A DNA stretch of 60,789 bases, the filler included, from Bipalium vagum (Eukaryota), in NCBI GenBank assembly GCA_037834085.1. It is 3 parts of 3 records of this genome, joined end to end, with 100 filler letters (N's around TTAATTAATTAA, not from the genome) between each part and the next. Parts side by side here need not be neighbours in the genome. Positions count along the whole stretch, not along the records: positions 36,249 to 60,789 come from JBBMKC010200163.1; 2 more parts are not named here. One strand, 5' to 3'. The notes beneath the pieces are model-generated. The model searched no databases and was not told the origin of the DNA. It was given only the letters and a program-made list of their open reading frames with translations. Position numbers and translations under genes: made by a program. This document shows, piece by piece, positions 37,076 to 54,100 of the stretch. Every line of letters begins with the position of its first letter. Within the stretch, counting starts at the first letter, position 1.

Positions 37076-38704
37076 ATGTCTTCTTTTGCAAAGGCCTGTG
37101 TAGATTTGTCAAACAATATTAGAAATTTCAGATTTTCTAAATCCAGTTCCCAATCATCGCCATCAACTATCAACAAATCTGAACTATCGAATACTACAGA
37201 AAACATACAGTTGATCAATCACCAAAACCTTTCCAATACTAATGCGGTTTTACCAAAGGATTCTCCTACAATAAGTCGATGTACTACTGTTGCTGCATTC
37301 AAACAACGACTTTTTAATCAAGGAATGAAAGTAGAGATTTCACCAAAGAAAAGAAAAAGGACCCGATATAAAGATTATGCACGAGAACATTTTACCAAGC
37401 GAACAGTTTCTCAGGACTCTAAATTGTGGATGTCAAAAGAATTTCTTTTGGTTTTCTTTAGATATTTTTCCGGTAAAGATTTATGTACCTTTTCTCTGGT
37501 TTGTCGGTGTTGGAATTTAATCATTTACTCTAAACAATTTTGGAACAAAATTAAACTAATAATTAACTTTAAGTTGCTTCCAGAATCGTATTTGAATGAG
37601 AAGATTAAAGAAATTTCTCGAACTATACGTGTGCGAAAGATCTCGTTTTGTGTTTTTGAACATGTTTCTGATCGTCATTTATCCACATTTATGGATGAAA
37701 TAAGTAGGTCTGAGATAGAAAGTATTGTCACTCATATTAGTATAAGATGTAGTAGCATAACTGACAGATTGCTGCAAAAAGTAACAGAAATTTTTGTAAA
37801 TTTAAATAATCTGGAAATCTTTTGCTGTAATGACTTATCTGAAGTTTGTTTATGGTCTGCTCTGGTTCCTAATATAACTGTCTTAACACTTTGGGATTGT
37901 ATTAATATCAGCGATGAAAGTCTAGGTGCAGTAACTCAGTTGTTACCAAATCTAACGGAATTTTATTTACAGGCGTATCATATTTCTGATATGTCATTAA
38001 CATATTTTAATTCCAGAAATTTGACAAATTTGAAAACGTTACAGATTGTTCAGTGTATGGATATAACTAACCAGGGTGTCGTTAATATAGCGCATTCCTT
38101 GCCAAATCTTACAAATTTAAGTCTCTCTGGTCTCAGTAAATTGACTGATGATGGGCTAGATGTCATATGCGAAAGTATGAAACAATTGGTTGTGTTGAAT
38201 ATCAGTTGGTGTCCAAAATTAACCGATTCAGGATTAGAATGTGTAGCATGTGATTTAACTCTGCTTGAAGAATTGATTCTTGATAGGTGAGGGATTTTAT
38301 ATAATTGCATTTTTTATTTTTTTTTATAAAAATATATCGATAATTATTATTTATCTTTTTAGATGTCCTACTATAACGGATAATGGAGTAAACTATTTGT
38401 CTACAATGCCAAATCTAACCAAACTTAGTCTACGATGGTGCAGTGGAATAACTAATTTATCTTTGACATTCTTGTTAAGTATGACTAATTTAAGGTATTT
38501 AAGTATTGCAGGTATTATTTAACTAATCTGTAAGTATATATTGAAATAATTTTAGGTTGTAAAAGATTCACTGAAGAAGGAATCTGTAGTTTAATAAGGC
38601 ATACTAATTTGAAGAAAATCGAAATTACACATTGCAAAGGCAGTAGTGAAAGAGTTAAACAATATTTCAAAAAGCATATGTCACATTGCTTATTAATAGA
38701 TTAA
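37076..38704 (+). CDS. FBXL16: F-box/leucine-rich-repeat protein 16-like, 3 exons
   Basis: F-box (FFRYFSGKDLCTFSLVCRCW) and LRRs DCINISDESLGAVTQLLPNL, LQAYHISD, ITNQGVVNIAHSLPNL, ACDLTLLEELILDRC, LSLRWC. Exons ~37076-38286, 38363-38511, 38556-38704. Confidence 0.88.
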
Positions 38705-39249
38705 TCTCGGGGAATAGATAGTATTACTATTTTTATGATGATGGCAGATATTTTTCTTTTTACCTTAAAAATTTTCATATATTTAAATGCAGCTAATCAA
38801 GTTTTGGCCAATTTTCATAGTGAAGAAACTCAATTCCATTTATAAAGGCATTAATAAATTTTGTTTTTCGGCAAAGTTATTATTAAAATTTTGTAAAGCA
38901 ATAATTCAGTGTGATTTGTGTGGACTGACTTTTTCATTATTCATATTATTCCTATATGAATAATAATGCATTTTCGTAAACTTCATTTAATGTGCTCAAA
39001 GTTTAAAATTTTTAAATTAGATGATGTAATTGCATTTGTATTTAATTTTTAAATAAATAAATATTTTTGAGAATGATTTTGATTTTAGTTATTGATTAAA
39101 ATTTTTATTTTTTAATTACTTTTGAACTCAAAAATAATGTTATATTTTTATAATCAAAATTCCAAGTGTACAAAAATATTAAGTCTAAGTTTGAAATTTT
39201 TAGTCAGTTGTTTTAATAATTTATAATTTTGAAATTCATTTAGATTAAG

Positions 39250-43517
<4,268 letters not shown>

Positions 43518-43739
43518 TGGTTTTTTACAAATAAATTTTCCATTTAGATTTGAGAATTTTTGACTCATCCTTTCCCGTCTTCCCAATTTTATTTCAGCAT
43601 TAGGTGTCATCCTGAAATTTAGTTTTTCAATAATGGAATGTTTTCATCAGTTCAAATAATTTTACTTATATATTTTGTTACCACTGTGCTCGTTCTAACA
43701 CAATTTTGTTGGTTTTTGACAGTGCCAGGTCCCACATTT

Positions 43740-44330
43740 CAGCGAATGTCAAAAAAGAAAAATTTTATACTGTATTATCCCTGGTGGTTTAACAGGACAC
43801 TTGCAACTTGCCGATACTTGCTGGTTCAAATCTTTAAAGGGCAATTTGAAAACCATTTCTTCTAACTGGATAAATGCACAAGAAGAAATATCAAGTTCTG
43901 GAAAGATAAAGCCACCCTCTTTTGAGATAATGGGGAAATGGCTAAAAGAAAGTTGGGATTATATAGACCCAGAATTAATCAAAAAAAGTTTTAAAATTAG
44001 CTTTTTAAATGATTACCCAAATCTTCTTATAAGCAGTGGTCCAATTTTAGGGGCTATCTTGAGAAAGTTATCTATATTATTAACAGCATTCAATCTATGA
44101 CGGTTTATTCTGAATCGGATTTTTCTGAAATAGATTTCGACGTAAATTTATTGTTGTTTATGGTTATTATTATTTATGGTAATTAATTGAATATCAAGAA
44201 TAATTTAAGTATTTATTGCTTAATTTTTATTTAATATAAGATTATAGGAATTTATTTTATAATACCCTAAAATCAGCCATGTGGCTTTAATTCCCCATGC
44301 GCTTAAAACGTGGGATGGGGGTTTATTAAA
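43740..44330 (+). mobile_element. pogo/Tigger-like transposase C-terminal fragment
   Basis: IIPGGLTGHLQLADTCWFKSLK...GKIKPPS...WLKESWDYIDPELIKKSFK. Confidence 0.8.
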
Positions 44331-46769
44331 GGGGGTGAAACTATTTCAAGTTTTAGAGTATGATAAATGGATCATTAAAAAATGATACGGTCATAAATGC
44401 TTAATTAAAAATGATAGATCGGAAAGTCAGTCAGTCCAAGATACCAACAACGTTTTCAGATATCGTAACATTATGTTAGCAGATAAACATTTTCCAAAAT
44501 CTCAAAAAACCCAGATAAAAAAGGACAAGATCAATAAAGGTCTATATGAATAAGATTGGTGATAGTAATTCAGCGAAAACATAATCACTAAGGTATTAGC
44601 ACTGACTCGATTTTACTGAGACACGCTCATCTCTAAATGTGAAGGAGAAAACAGAAATATTTCATGACACAACTAATACATGTCAAGGAACCAAGAATAC
44701 TCAAATGTTTAATAGGTTGAAAAATAGAAACAATCAATAATAAAATTAATTTTCATGTTTAGTGTGATATTAAAACGATGCATAGCATAAATAAATTAAA
44801 GTAATGTAAATAAGTATTTGACATATAACAATAATGATCAATTAAAAGATAATATTGATTTTGTGACATCGTCTTTCAAAGTATAATATGAATATAAAAT
44901 CCGTGTAATGTCGAACTTTACAATAATAATAAATTAAAGTCATCATACTGTTTTCTAGAAAAATATCTTGGAAAATCCGTGCTGTAGAAATCAGTATCTT
45001 TTTCTTCCATTAATATATATCATATTTTGAAAGTCTAGTTGTTTTGGTAACAAGGTGGTGAGTATTATGATGATATAATCAGTAAAATTTTTAATTTGTT
45101 TTCCGATTTTATTAATGTTTTCTATAGTTAAACGAAAATTAAAAATTTTTTATCCTTCTTCAAGTACATCTATTTAATGTAGGAAAAGACCAAATGATTT
45201 GGCCTAAGTCCATTAATTTTGCGATACTTTTTTTAACGCCAGAAGAATAACCGATTTTTAAATTTCCTTAAAATTTAAATTTTCATGGTTATCTAAATAA
45301 AATTAATTTATTTAAATAGATTTTATAAAGAATTCTTAAAAGTTTAGTTTATGGTTTATAATTAATACATTTTAAAATAAAAGATAAAAGTTTTGTTTAA
45401 ATATTTGGTTAATTAAGATTGCGATTTTTGTAAAACAAACATTACGTATTATGACATGTTTGCATGACTTCAATCGTTTCGCAAAACGGTGTTAATATAT
45501 CTATCATTAATTTTTCGATTACATTTTAAGTTGATTATTTGTAATTATTATTTATCAAGATATTAATTCTGATTTTTATCCCTAAATAAATAGTTGTAAA
45601 CGTTATAATAATCTTCAAGTTTAGAAATATTCCTGAAAGTAAAATATCACAGGAAATCATTTTATTAAAAATTCAAAATAATATCAAATTTTAAAGAGAT
45701 CTTTGAATGAGAAAATAATCGGGTGTTTTGATTTTTTATTAACTGGATCGAATTTCAATTTTATGATGAAAACCATTGAGAAAATCAAATATATTTTTGG
45801 AATATAGATAATGTAATTGCTTGGCTTTTTCCCATAATGACAATCATAAATATTTTTCATGAAATTAAATCTTTTATATGGTTTATTTTTAAAAGATGTT
45901 TACGATCTGTTTATGTATCATAAATAAGCCGTTAGGATTGCCACAGTGGTAAATTTTTCTTCATTCCTGTCTGAATGATTTATTGAATTCTGAACCATAA
46001 TATTAGAAAAATCTAATGAGCATATATTTCATAAGTTTTTATTTTTTGAAGCTATAACTTGAACTTCATCTAGAAAAGTTTTTATTATAATATTGTGACT
46101 AAATTATAAAGATATTAAAATTTAAGAATTAAAAAATCTAGTTATAAATGATTATATTGAAAAATTAAAATAAACCTCACGCTGGAGATACGGGAACGGT
46201 AAAAATTCCAAAAAAATATATCAATTTTTTATTAAGAAATGTAAACAATCGTTTTTTCTAAATATAATTTTTTAATCTCTGATTTATCTAATTTATATAA
46301 AGTCCAGCTTCTAACTTAATTTCTTGAGAATTTGATTTTAGATGTTGTTTCTTTTTTTCTAGATCAGCTTATGAGTTCTTTTAATTTTTGTAATTGTTGA
46401 TATAATTTCTGTAGCTAAAGCTTCTTCAATTCCATCAAAAATTGCTCTTAAAATATGAAGTAAATTTCACCCTTTTCTAAAAATTATTATTTGCACTTTG
46501 ATTGGCATTAGAAACCAGAGAAAGGCCTGAGAGCGTTGGAAACCAAAGAATAGACCTGAATAAAAAGAGAATAAATAAAAAATAATAAAATTAAACATAC
46601 ACATTCCAAATAAGAGAATTGAGTCCAAATTGGGAATCAGAGTAACGAGATTGATAATATAAGATATCACCATAAATAATTATAAGAAATAATACAAGAA
46701 TAAATCTTACCATTCAGAATAATAAGAAAAAATAAAAGAATAATGATAATAAGAAATAATAAAAGAGTA

Positions 46770-47670
46770 TTCTATTATATCTTAACATAGTAACCTTCGC
46801 TCGTCTATCAGTAATTCCTCACTTAATAATTCGATTAAACTCAGCTTGAATCAAAACTTCCACAGTAATACTTTATCCGCACCCTAAAAACTGAATCAAA
46901 ACAATCACAATAAAACTTTATTATACATTTTACAACAGCCTAATGCTACAACAAAATTCACTCCAATACTCGTACATCAACTGAAAAATATTTCCAATAA
47001 TCATTAATTAAAAATAATAAAATGGTTTCAACGTCAAATAATCAAAATCGACAATGGTTAAAGTAATAATGAACACAAAAAATGAATGCAATGAAATCTG
47101 ATCAAATATCTTTAAAGAAAAGAACGAGAAGAATAATCACAAAAGGAAAGAATTCAAGAATTACCAAAAAAATACAATGATCCCACCAGGACCGACAACA
47201 AGTCCCCGGGTCATCCACTAGGTCCTTCACAGGTCACCTATGGATTCCCAAGCTCGTTGGGTCCCCTTGGTTAAATTCTCTTGCGAAATCCACAACATTT
47301 TAAGTACAGGATTCCTTAAATTATCTTTGGGTCCTCTGGAAAATTGAGTCAGGTCGTATGAAATCGTCCTTCCGCAATTGTTCTTCTGAAGTTTTTTCTG
47401 TTTCCTTTTCCTAAAATTTGTTTCTCCGAAAACGGTGCTCTAAAATTCGTTTTGGAATTTTTGTTTGTGGGAAAATTTATGGAAATAGCCTTTATTTTAT
47501 TTAGGCTTGGAAATTGGGTACGATCCCCAATCTCCAGATATACTCAGAATAGCCTTAATGTCCAATTCTGTCTCCACGCCGAGAGAGAATTGAAACAAAA
47601 TTTCATGAAGCTAAATTATTAATCAAAATGAAATCCCCATTGACATATTTTCCTCAACGCTCCGAGGATG
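46770..47670 (-). repeat. Solo-LTR-like repeat, copy B (uninterrupted)
   Basis: Colinear by eye with both halves of copy A, including the GC-rich block 47180-47270. Confidence 0.7.
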
Positions 47671-48779
47671 GAACTAAATTAAAATGATTTTTTATTTTAA
47701 AAAAATATATTTCTATTATTAAAATAATTATTATTAATTATCATCATTATCATCACTATTTATTATCATTTATTATCACTATTATTATCACTATTATTAT
47801 CCCTAGACCCAACAAAAGTAATAATAATAAGAAATATGACGAGATTAATAGTAAAAGTTTTGAGATAAAATAATAATAAATAAATAGAATGTTGATAATA
47901 TATAATTATGAATATTAATTTTTCATCAGGATAAAAAAATAGAATATTAATAATTACGTCAGTCAAAAAGTAATAAGACATTATCGTCATTCAACAACAG
48001 TAGTAACAATCGTCATTACCACCAGCATGCAAGAGTTACAGTAAAAAATATACAGCATAAATACCCAAGGAAAAATCATAAAATTGCTTATAAAAATATT
48101 ACAATTACTTTATTATAACTATTAAAAAAGAAAAAGAGTTTATCACAATTCAGTTAAAATAAATCGTAAGTGAATTATTATATTCACTTTAATTATATTA
48201 TTAAACAGAGAGTGAATATTATTTCCCGTGTCTGCCTTTATAAAATAATTTTAATCTCTTCTTTTAGTTTCTATTTCCGGCAATTACAATCTGATAAAGT
48301 ACTTATCAGTTTCAATATTTTTCCTTCAGGTTATCTGCACATTTCCTTGAGTAGATTAAACTCTACTTAAATTAATTAATAGTCATTTTGATCTTTGATC
48401 TTTTGAGTTTTTGACTTTTTTTTAATAAATTTTTAATGTCTTTATTTCTTCTGTAACTCAATTAAATGTGAATATTTAAAGATTTCTATAGTCCATTAAA
48501 CCCTCCGATAGCCACTGCGGATTCCCAAGCGTCAGGAATGTCTTGGAAATATATTTTTATACAATACTATTTTTGCAATATTTCTTAAATAACACATTAT
48601 TTGAAAGTAATTATTAATATTGTAATGAATTATGAATTATAAAGTTATTATACATACAATACTAATTATTAATTAATTGGATTATATATTAAATGTAAAT
48701 TATACATTTTTGAATTATAATATTAGGTAAATGTTTTTCATAATTATTTTTTATAATAACATATCTTTATCAGGAATTT

Positions 48780-49800
48780 TTATTATGCATTCGAAAGAAG
48801 TTAAACTATTAATTAATAATTTGAGAAATCTCTGAGAATCATATGGCTCAAAAGCAAAGAAATGTAAAATGACCAGGGCAGCTGTAAAAAGTATTGTTAA
48901 TTACGAAATTAAAAAAACTAAGAAGAAAATAGGGGTTGCTGTTTATAAATAAACAGCAACCCCTAATGCAAAATAGATTTTATAAACAATGAAAATTCAT
49001 TAGGTGTCAGTTACTTCAAATTTAATTTTAAAGGGACCAATTTAAATGTTTCAAGAAGAACTCTAAACAATTGGTTAAGGAAGAATGAATAAAAATATAT
49101 ATTGAGGGAAAACAGAAATTGCAACTAACGCATTCCCACAGAAAATTAAGAATTGAACTGAAATTATCATGGATTCATAAAAATATTTCGTGGAAAAGTT
49201 TAGTATTCACAGATGAAAAACGCGTTTTTCTGGATGGTCCAGATAATTGGCAATTAAATTGTTTAATAAAAAATATTTATTAAGTACTTTATAATAGGTT
49301 CACATATTGTCTAAAGAAAAGATATTCAATTGGGTAAAGCGGCAATGCGAAGGTGGCAGATTAATGGTTTGGGGGATGCTTATGCCAATTGGCCTCATAG
49401 CTTTGAAAATACTTGAAGGCAAACAAAATGCTCACAAATATTTACTATCAATTCGTTTTGTGTGCCAATAATGAATTTAAATCTTCAGTTTAAGATCTGT
49501 CTGGTAAAAGATAACTGCAGCATTCACGTGGTCAAGAAAAGTAAGAAAATTTTCAAAACACTGGATTTTGAAATAATTCAGTGGCCATCCAAATCTCCGG
49601 ATAATAATTTAATGGAAAATGCTTTCTGACATTATTTATTCAAATAACCAACTGAAGAATACAAAAGAATCGCGAGATAGATTATTTCAAGCAGTTGACG
49701 AAATAAATTCCCGAAAATGCGATATTTGAAAGGAATCTATATCATAATTTTCGAGACACTTACAAAAATATTACTCACAATTATAAATGAATACAAATCT
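48780..49800 (+). mobile_element. Degenerate Tc1/Tc3-like transposase with a probable internal intron
   Basis: VFTDEK..LDGPDNW, GGRLMVWG, KDNCSIH, WPSKSPDNNLMEN. Confidence 0.85.
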
Positions 49801-51143
49801 ATTTATCTCATTAAAAATATAACATTCAACAATTATACTAAGTGTTTGAAAAGATTTTTCCACCAGTATACTTAGTAAGATTTGTTTTATCTTATATCAA
49901 CAAATAGATTAAAAATCCTTATTATTTAACGGTAGATATAATACTCTTTAGCTGACAAGACAAGGGAAATTCAGACTTAATGCTATTTCAAAATATTATA
50001 TTTTGCAATTTCTATTTATTTGGAATATTTATGTTGTTAACGTATAAATGATCAGTGTTCACAATTTAATGATATTTGACCGGTGAGAGGAATTAAAATC
50101 AAACCAACGAAATTTCATCGCGATTTAATTCAACTATTTAAATAAAGGTTTATTCTGTTTTTTGATGACATTAACTTTATTTCTCTTATTAAAAATTTTT
50201 CTTATTTAAATTAGTAATAAAAATAATAATTAATAATAATAATATTTAATATTTTATTTTCAGTAATTTTAATTTATGTAGTTTCTGTAACAATTTTTTA
50301 AAATATTTAATTAACAAGAAATAATTCCAACTGTACTATTACACACAAGTTAATAGTCTGATGAAATTATCCTGAACACTCTTATTCTTGGTTGAAGAAC
50401 AGTCTTGAAAGGCAACTTTTTGATCTCGAATCATCCACTTTTAGCAAGATTGAAGTTACTGCCTCAACATTATCATCATCAATTGAAGTCATTACTCTAC
50501 ACTACCAAGAAGATCGGTCCCTTTAGTCAGAACTTTCAATTTACTTTTCAAATCCCAGTAAATTAAAAATAGCTTGAACATTTGTATATATACATATAAT
50601 TTATATTAAGGAAGAATCAAATTGGATTGAAATATATAAAATCAATGAAGTCCTTTTGAAATTATTTATCAATAAATAGGTTTAAAATTCAACGTGAATT
50701 GTGTAATTAAATCAGCGATAAAATATTCAAGTTCAAACAATCAATGTCAAAACCATGATAATTTATATCTTGTTAACACCTCAACTTAATTAAGGGGACA
50801 ATGAATTAATCAACTTTCCAATTAAAATTTTGAAGTTATAAAATTTCCCTTTGCAAAACATTATTCTTAATAAATAATAAAAAGAAAATTATATAACATA
50901 GAAATTTTTATAATTAAAAAAACAATTTCTAAATATTTTTCCTGGGACCTAAAAAACATTTCAAAATTGACAATAATTTCATTTCTTTCATTTTATGGAA
51001 ATATATTTTTTGTTATGAATTGTTTAATCGGGTTAAAATACATCAATATTTCTTAACAAGCAGTAAATTATAAATATTTTAAAATAAAACTAATGAATAT
51101 TGAATTTAGAATTCTAATTTAATAAAGAAAATTTTTATTTTTG

Positions 51144-54100
51144 ATGGGTAGTCTTTTCCGAAGTCAGGAAATGGCATTGTGCCAGCTGTTTTTACATACA
51201 GAAACTGCTTACATGTGTATATCTGAATTAGGAGAACTTGGAATGGTTCAATTTAAAGATGTAAGAATGCAAAATTTTACATTTTTAATTTGAAATCTGA
51301 TTTAGAGTACTCCAGATACTAGCGTTTTTCATCGGAAGTTTGTCAATGAAGTTCGTAGATGTGATGAGATGGAAAGAAAATTACGTTAGGATGTTTATTA
51401 TTAAGTTCTCCATAATAAATATATATTCAGGGTTTCTAGAAAAGGAAATATGCATAGATAACATTCCGATTTTTGACATTGGAGAAAATCCCGAAGCACC
51501 TGCACCACGAGACATTATTGATTTGGAATCAACATTTGAAAAATTGGAAAAAGAACTTCAAGAAGTTAATATAAATGCCGAACAGCTGAAGAAAAACTAT
51601 TTAGAGCTCTTAGAATTGAAGGAAATCTTTCGTAAAACGCAAATATTTTTTGATGAAGTACGTAAGTTTAATTGAGTGACGTTTACATTTTATTTAGGGA
51701 TTACACGATAATGTAATGAATGAGGAGTCATTAGAATTACTTGGAGAAGAGGGCCTGAAGGCCGGAGGCTTGGTTGGTCAAGGTTTACGCCTGGGGTAAG
51801 TTCGGATACTCACCTTTTTCAACTTATAACAACTTTTTAACACATTTATAATTGATGAAAAGATTTCGAAATATTTTTCATCGTTTTAAATTATCATTTT
51901 TTTCCTAAAATTATTTCTATAAATATCACTAATAATAATAAGTTAAGGAAGTGTTCCGAAAAGTGTTACAGAAATCAATTACCTTAATCTATTATTTTTA
52001 TTTTATGATTTATTTTGAAATTTAAAAAATTTTAAAAAATCGATAATAAAACNNNNNNNNNNNNNNNNNNNNNNNNNNNNNNNNNNNNNNNNNNNNNNNN
52101 NNNNNNNNNNNNNNNNNNNNNNNNNNNNNNNNNNNNNNNNNNNNNNNNNNNNNNNNNNNNNNNNNNNNNNNNNNNNNNNNNNNNNNNNNNNNNNNNNNNN
52201 NNNNNNNNNNNNNNNNNNNNNNNNNNNNNNNNNNNNNAAAATAACAACAATACTTTTTAATACAAAATCCCTTTTTAAGAATAGTTTGAAATTACCTAAT
52301 GTTACAAGATTTAAAATCAATAAAAATATTTTTAAAAATTTTTGATCATAGGAAAATTGTATTTTAAGAATATTTTGAGGCGACTCTCATACTTGGAATG
52401 ATTGATATTTTAGCTTCGATTTTCTTCCTCTTTCTTCATCTTTGATGGCTGCAAATCACGATTTGAATATCTAAGACCGGTATTTTGAGATTAACTTTCG
52501 AAAACCTCGTTTAGATCGCGAAACGAATTCGCTGGTTTCCCTGTTTTCCTGAAATACGGTAGAACATGTTATAACGGATATGAATATAAATAACTTTTTT
52601 ATATTTATAAACAAATTATAATAAAAAAATTAATATCTTTATATTTATTATTTATTTTTTTATTTTTTTATTTAAACATTATTATTTATTGATTTATGTA
52701 TAATTGGAATTATTAATATATCAAATTTATATAAAATTCGTTAATTAATCATTAATCGATTATAAATATTAATTAAAATCTAGTTTTAATGTATTAATTG
52801 TTCATTTTAATTATCCACAAATATTAAAAAGAAATTATAAAATATTTCGGAAGAAAACCATTTTTTCTCTGTTAAAATCTTTTAATAAGTTAATGCGATT
52901 TATTGATTCAAGTTCTTTAATATAATTAGGGTTTATTACTTCTTGTGTCAAGACAATCAATAAATATTAGTAGTCAAGTCCATGTTGACATTTTAAAGCG
53001 TAGAAAGATGACCACTTTTGCCTCTTAAAAAGAATTGGGTTTGAAAAAATGTTGATATTTTGATACTTTTATTTTTGAAAAATTTTTTTTCTTTTTTGGA
53101 ATAATGCATAAATATTTTATTTTTATAAAATTTTTCTTAAAATTAAGTTGCTAATAACTAAATTAATAAAAAATACAAATCAGAAAAAAAATCAAATTTG
53201 GAAAAATATCGAAATAAAAATATTTTCTTTTCATTTCTGTAATAATTTCAAAACTTCTTGGTATTTTAATCAATATTCTAATGATTCTAGATGAAATAGT
53301 AATATTAACGGTTGATTTCAGCTCTAATTATTGGTATAACATTGTTTAAAATTGACAACATTAAACCGATAATGGTAAAAAACTGAAATGATAAATTTAT
53401 ACCTATGATGTGTTAAAAGAATTATGGATCAGATTTCTGGAATCTAATTAATTTTGAAATTCTTAAAAATCCAAGTTCGTAAATAGTTATGATCTTTACA
53501 GATTTTATTAAAAAATGATTTATTATCTTATAGAATACAAAAATTTTTATAAATTATTTTTTTTATTGATATTTTATTGTTTATTAATGTATTGTTACAT
53601 TTCTTCTTTTTACTTTTGAGATATTAAATTGATTTTTTTATAAGTTCTTCATAGAAATATTTATTGGTTTTCTAACGATATGCATTTTGAAGTCATATTG
53701 AGTTTAGATTTTTTAATTGAATATTGAAAGGAGTGAAATATTAAAAAGGCCTGCAAAAATATGCCAAAATATTGAAATTAAAATTAAAAAATCCGAACGA
53801 ATGACAGATAGAATTTTTCAACAGTTTTTTAACGTTTTTAAAGGTTTCAAATAGTTAACGGTTTAATTTTTTATTCAATGTTAACTTAAATCAATAAAAT
53901 CTCAAAGAATAATTAATAAATCTTATTTTCATTAAAAAAATTTTAACACTCAATAAAAAATGTTGAGAGTTAAAAATTCTTTTGTCTTAACATGCTTGTA
54001 AAAGATTTTTAGCATTTGATTCAATTCAATATCTAAGTAAGAGTGAAGATATAAATAAATTACGATTACAATTAAGGTAGAGAAAATCTTCAAAAAATTT

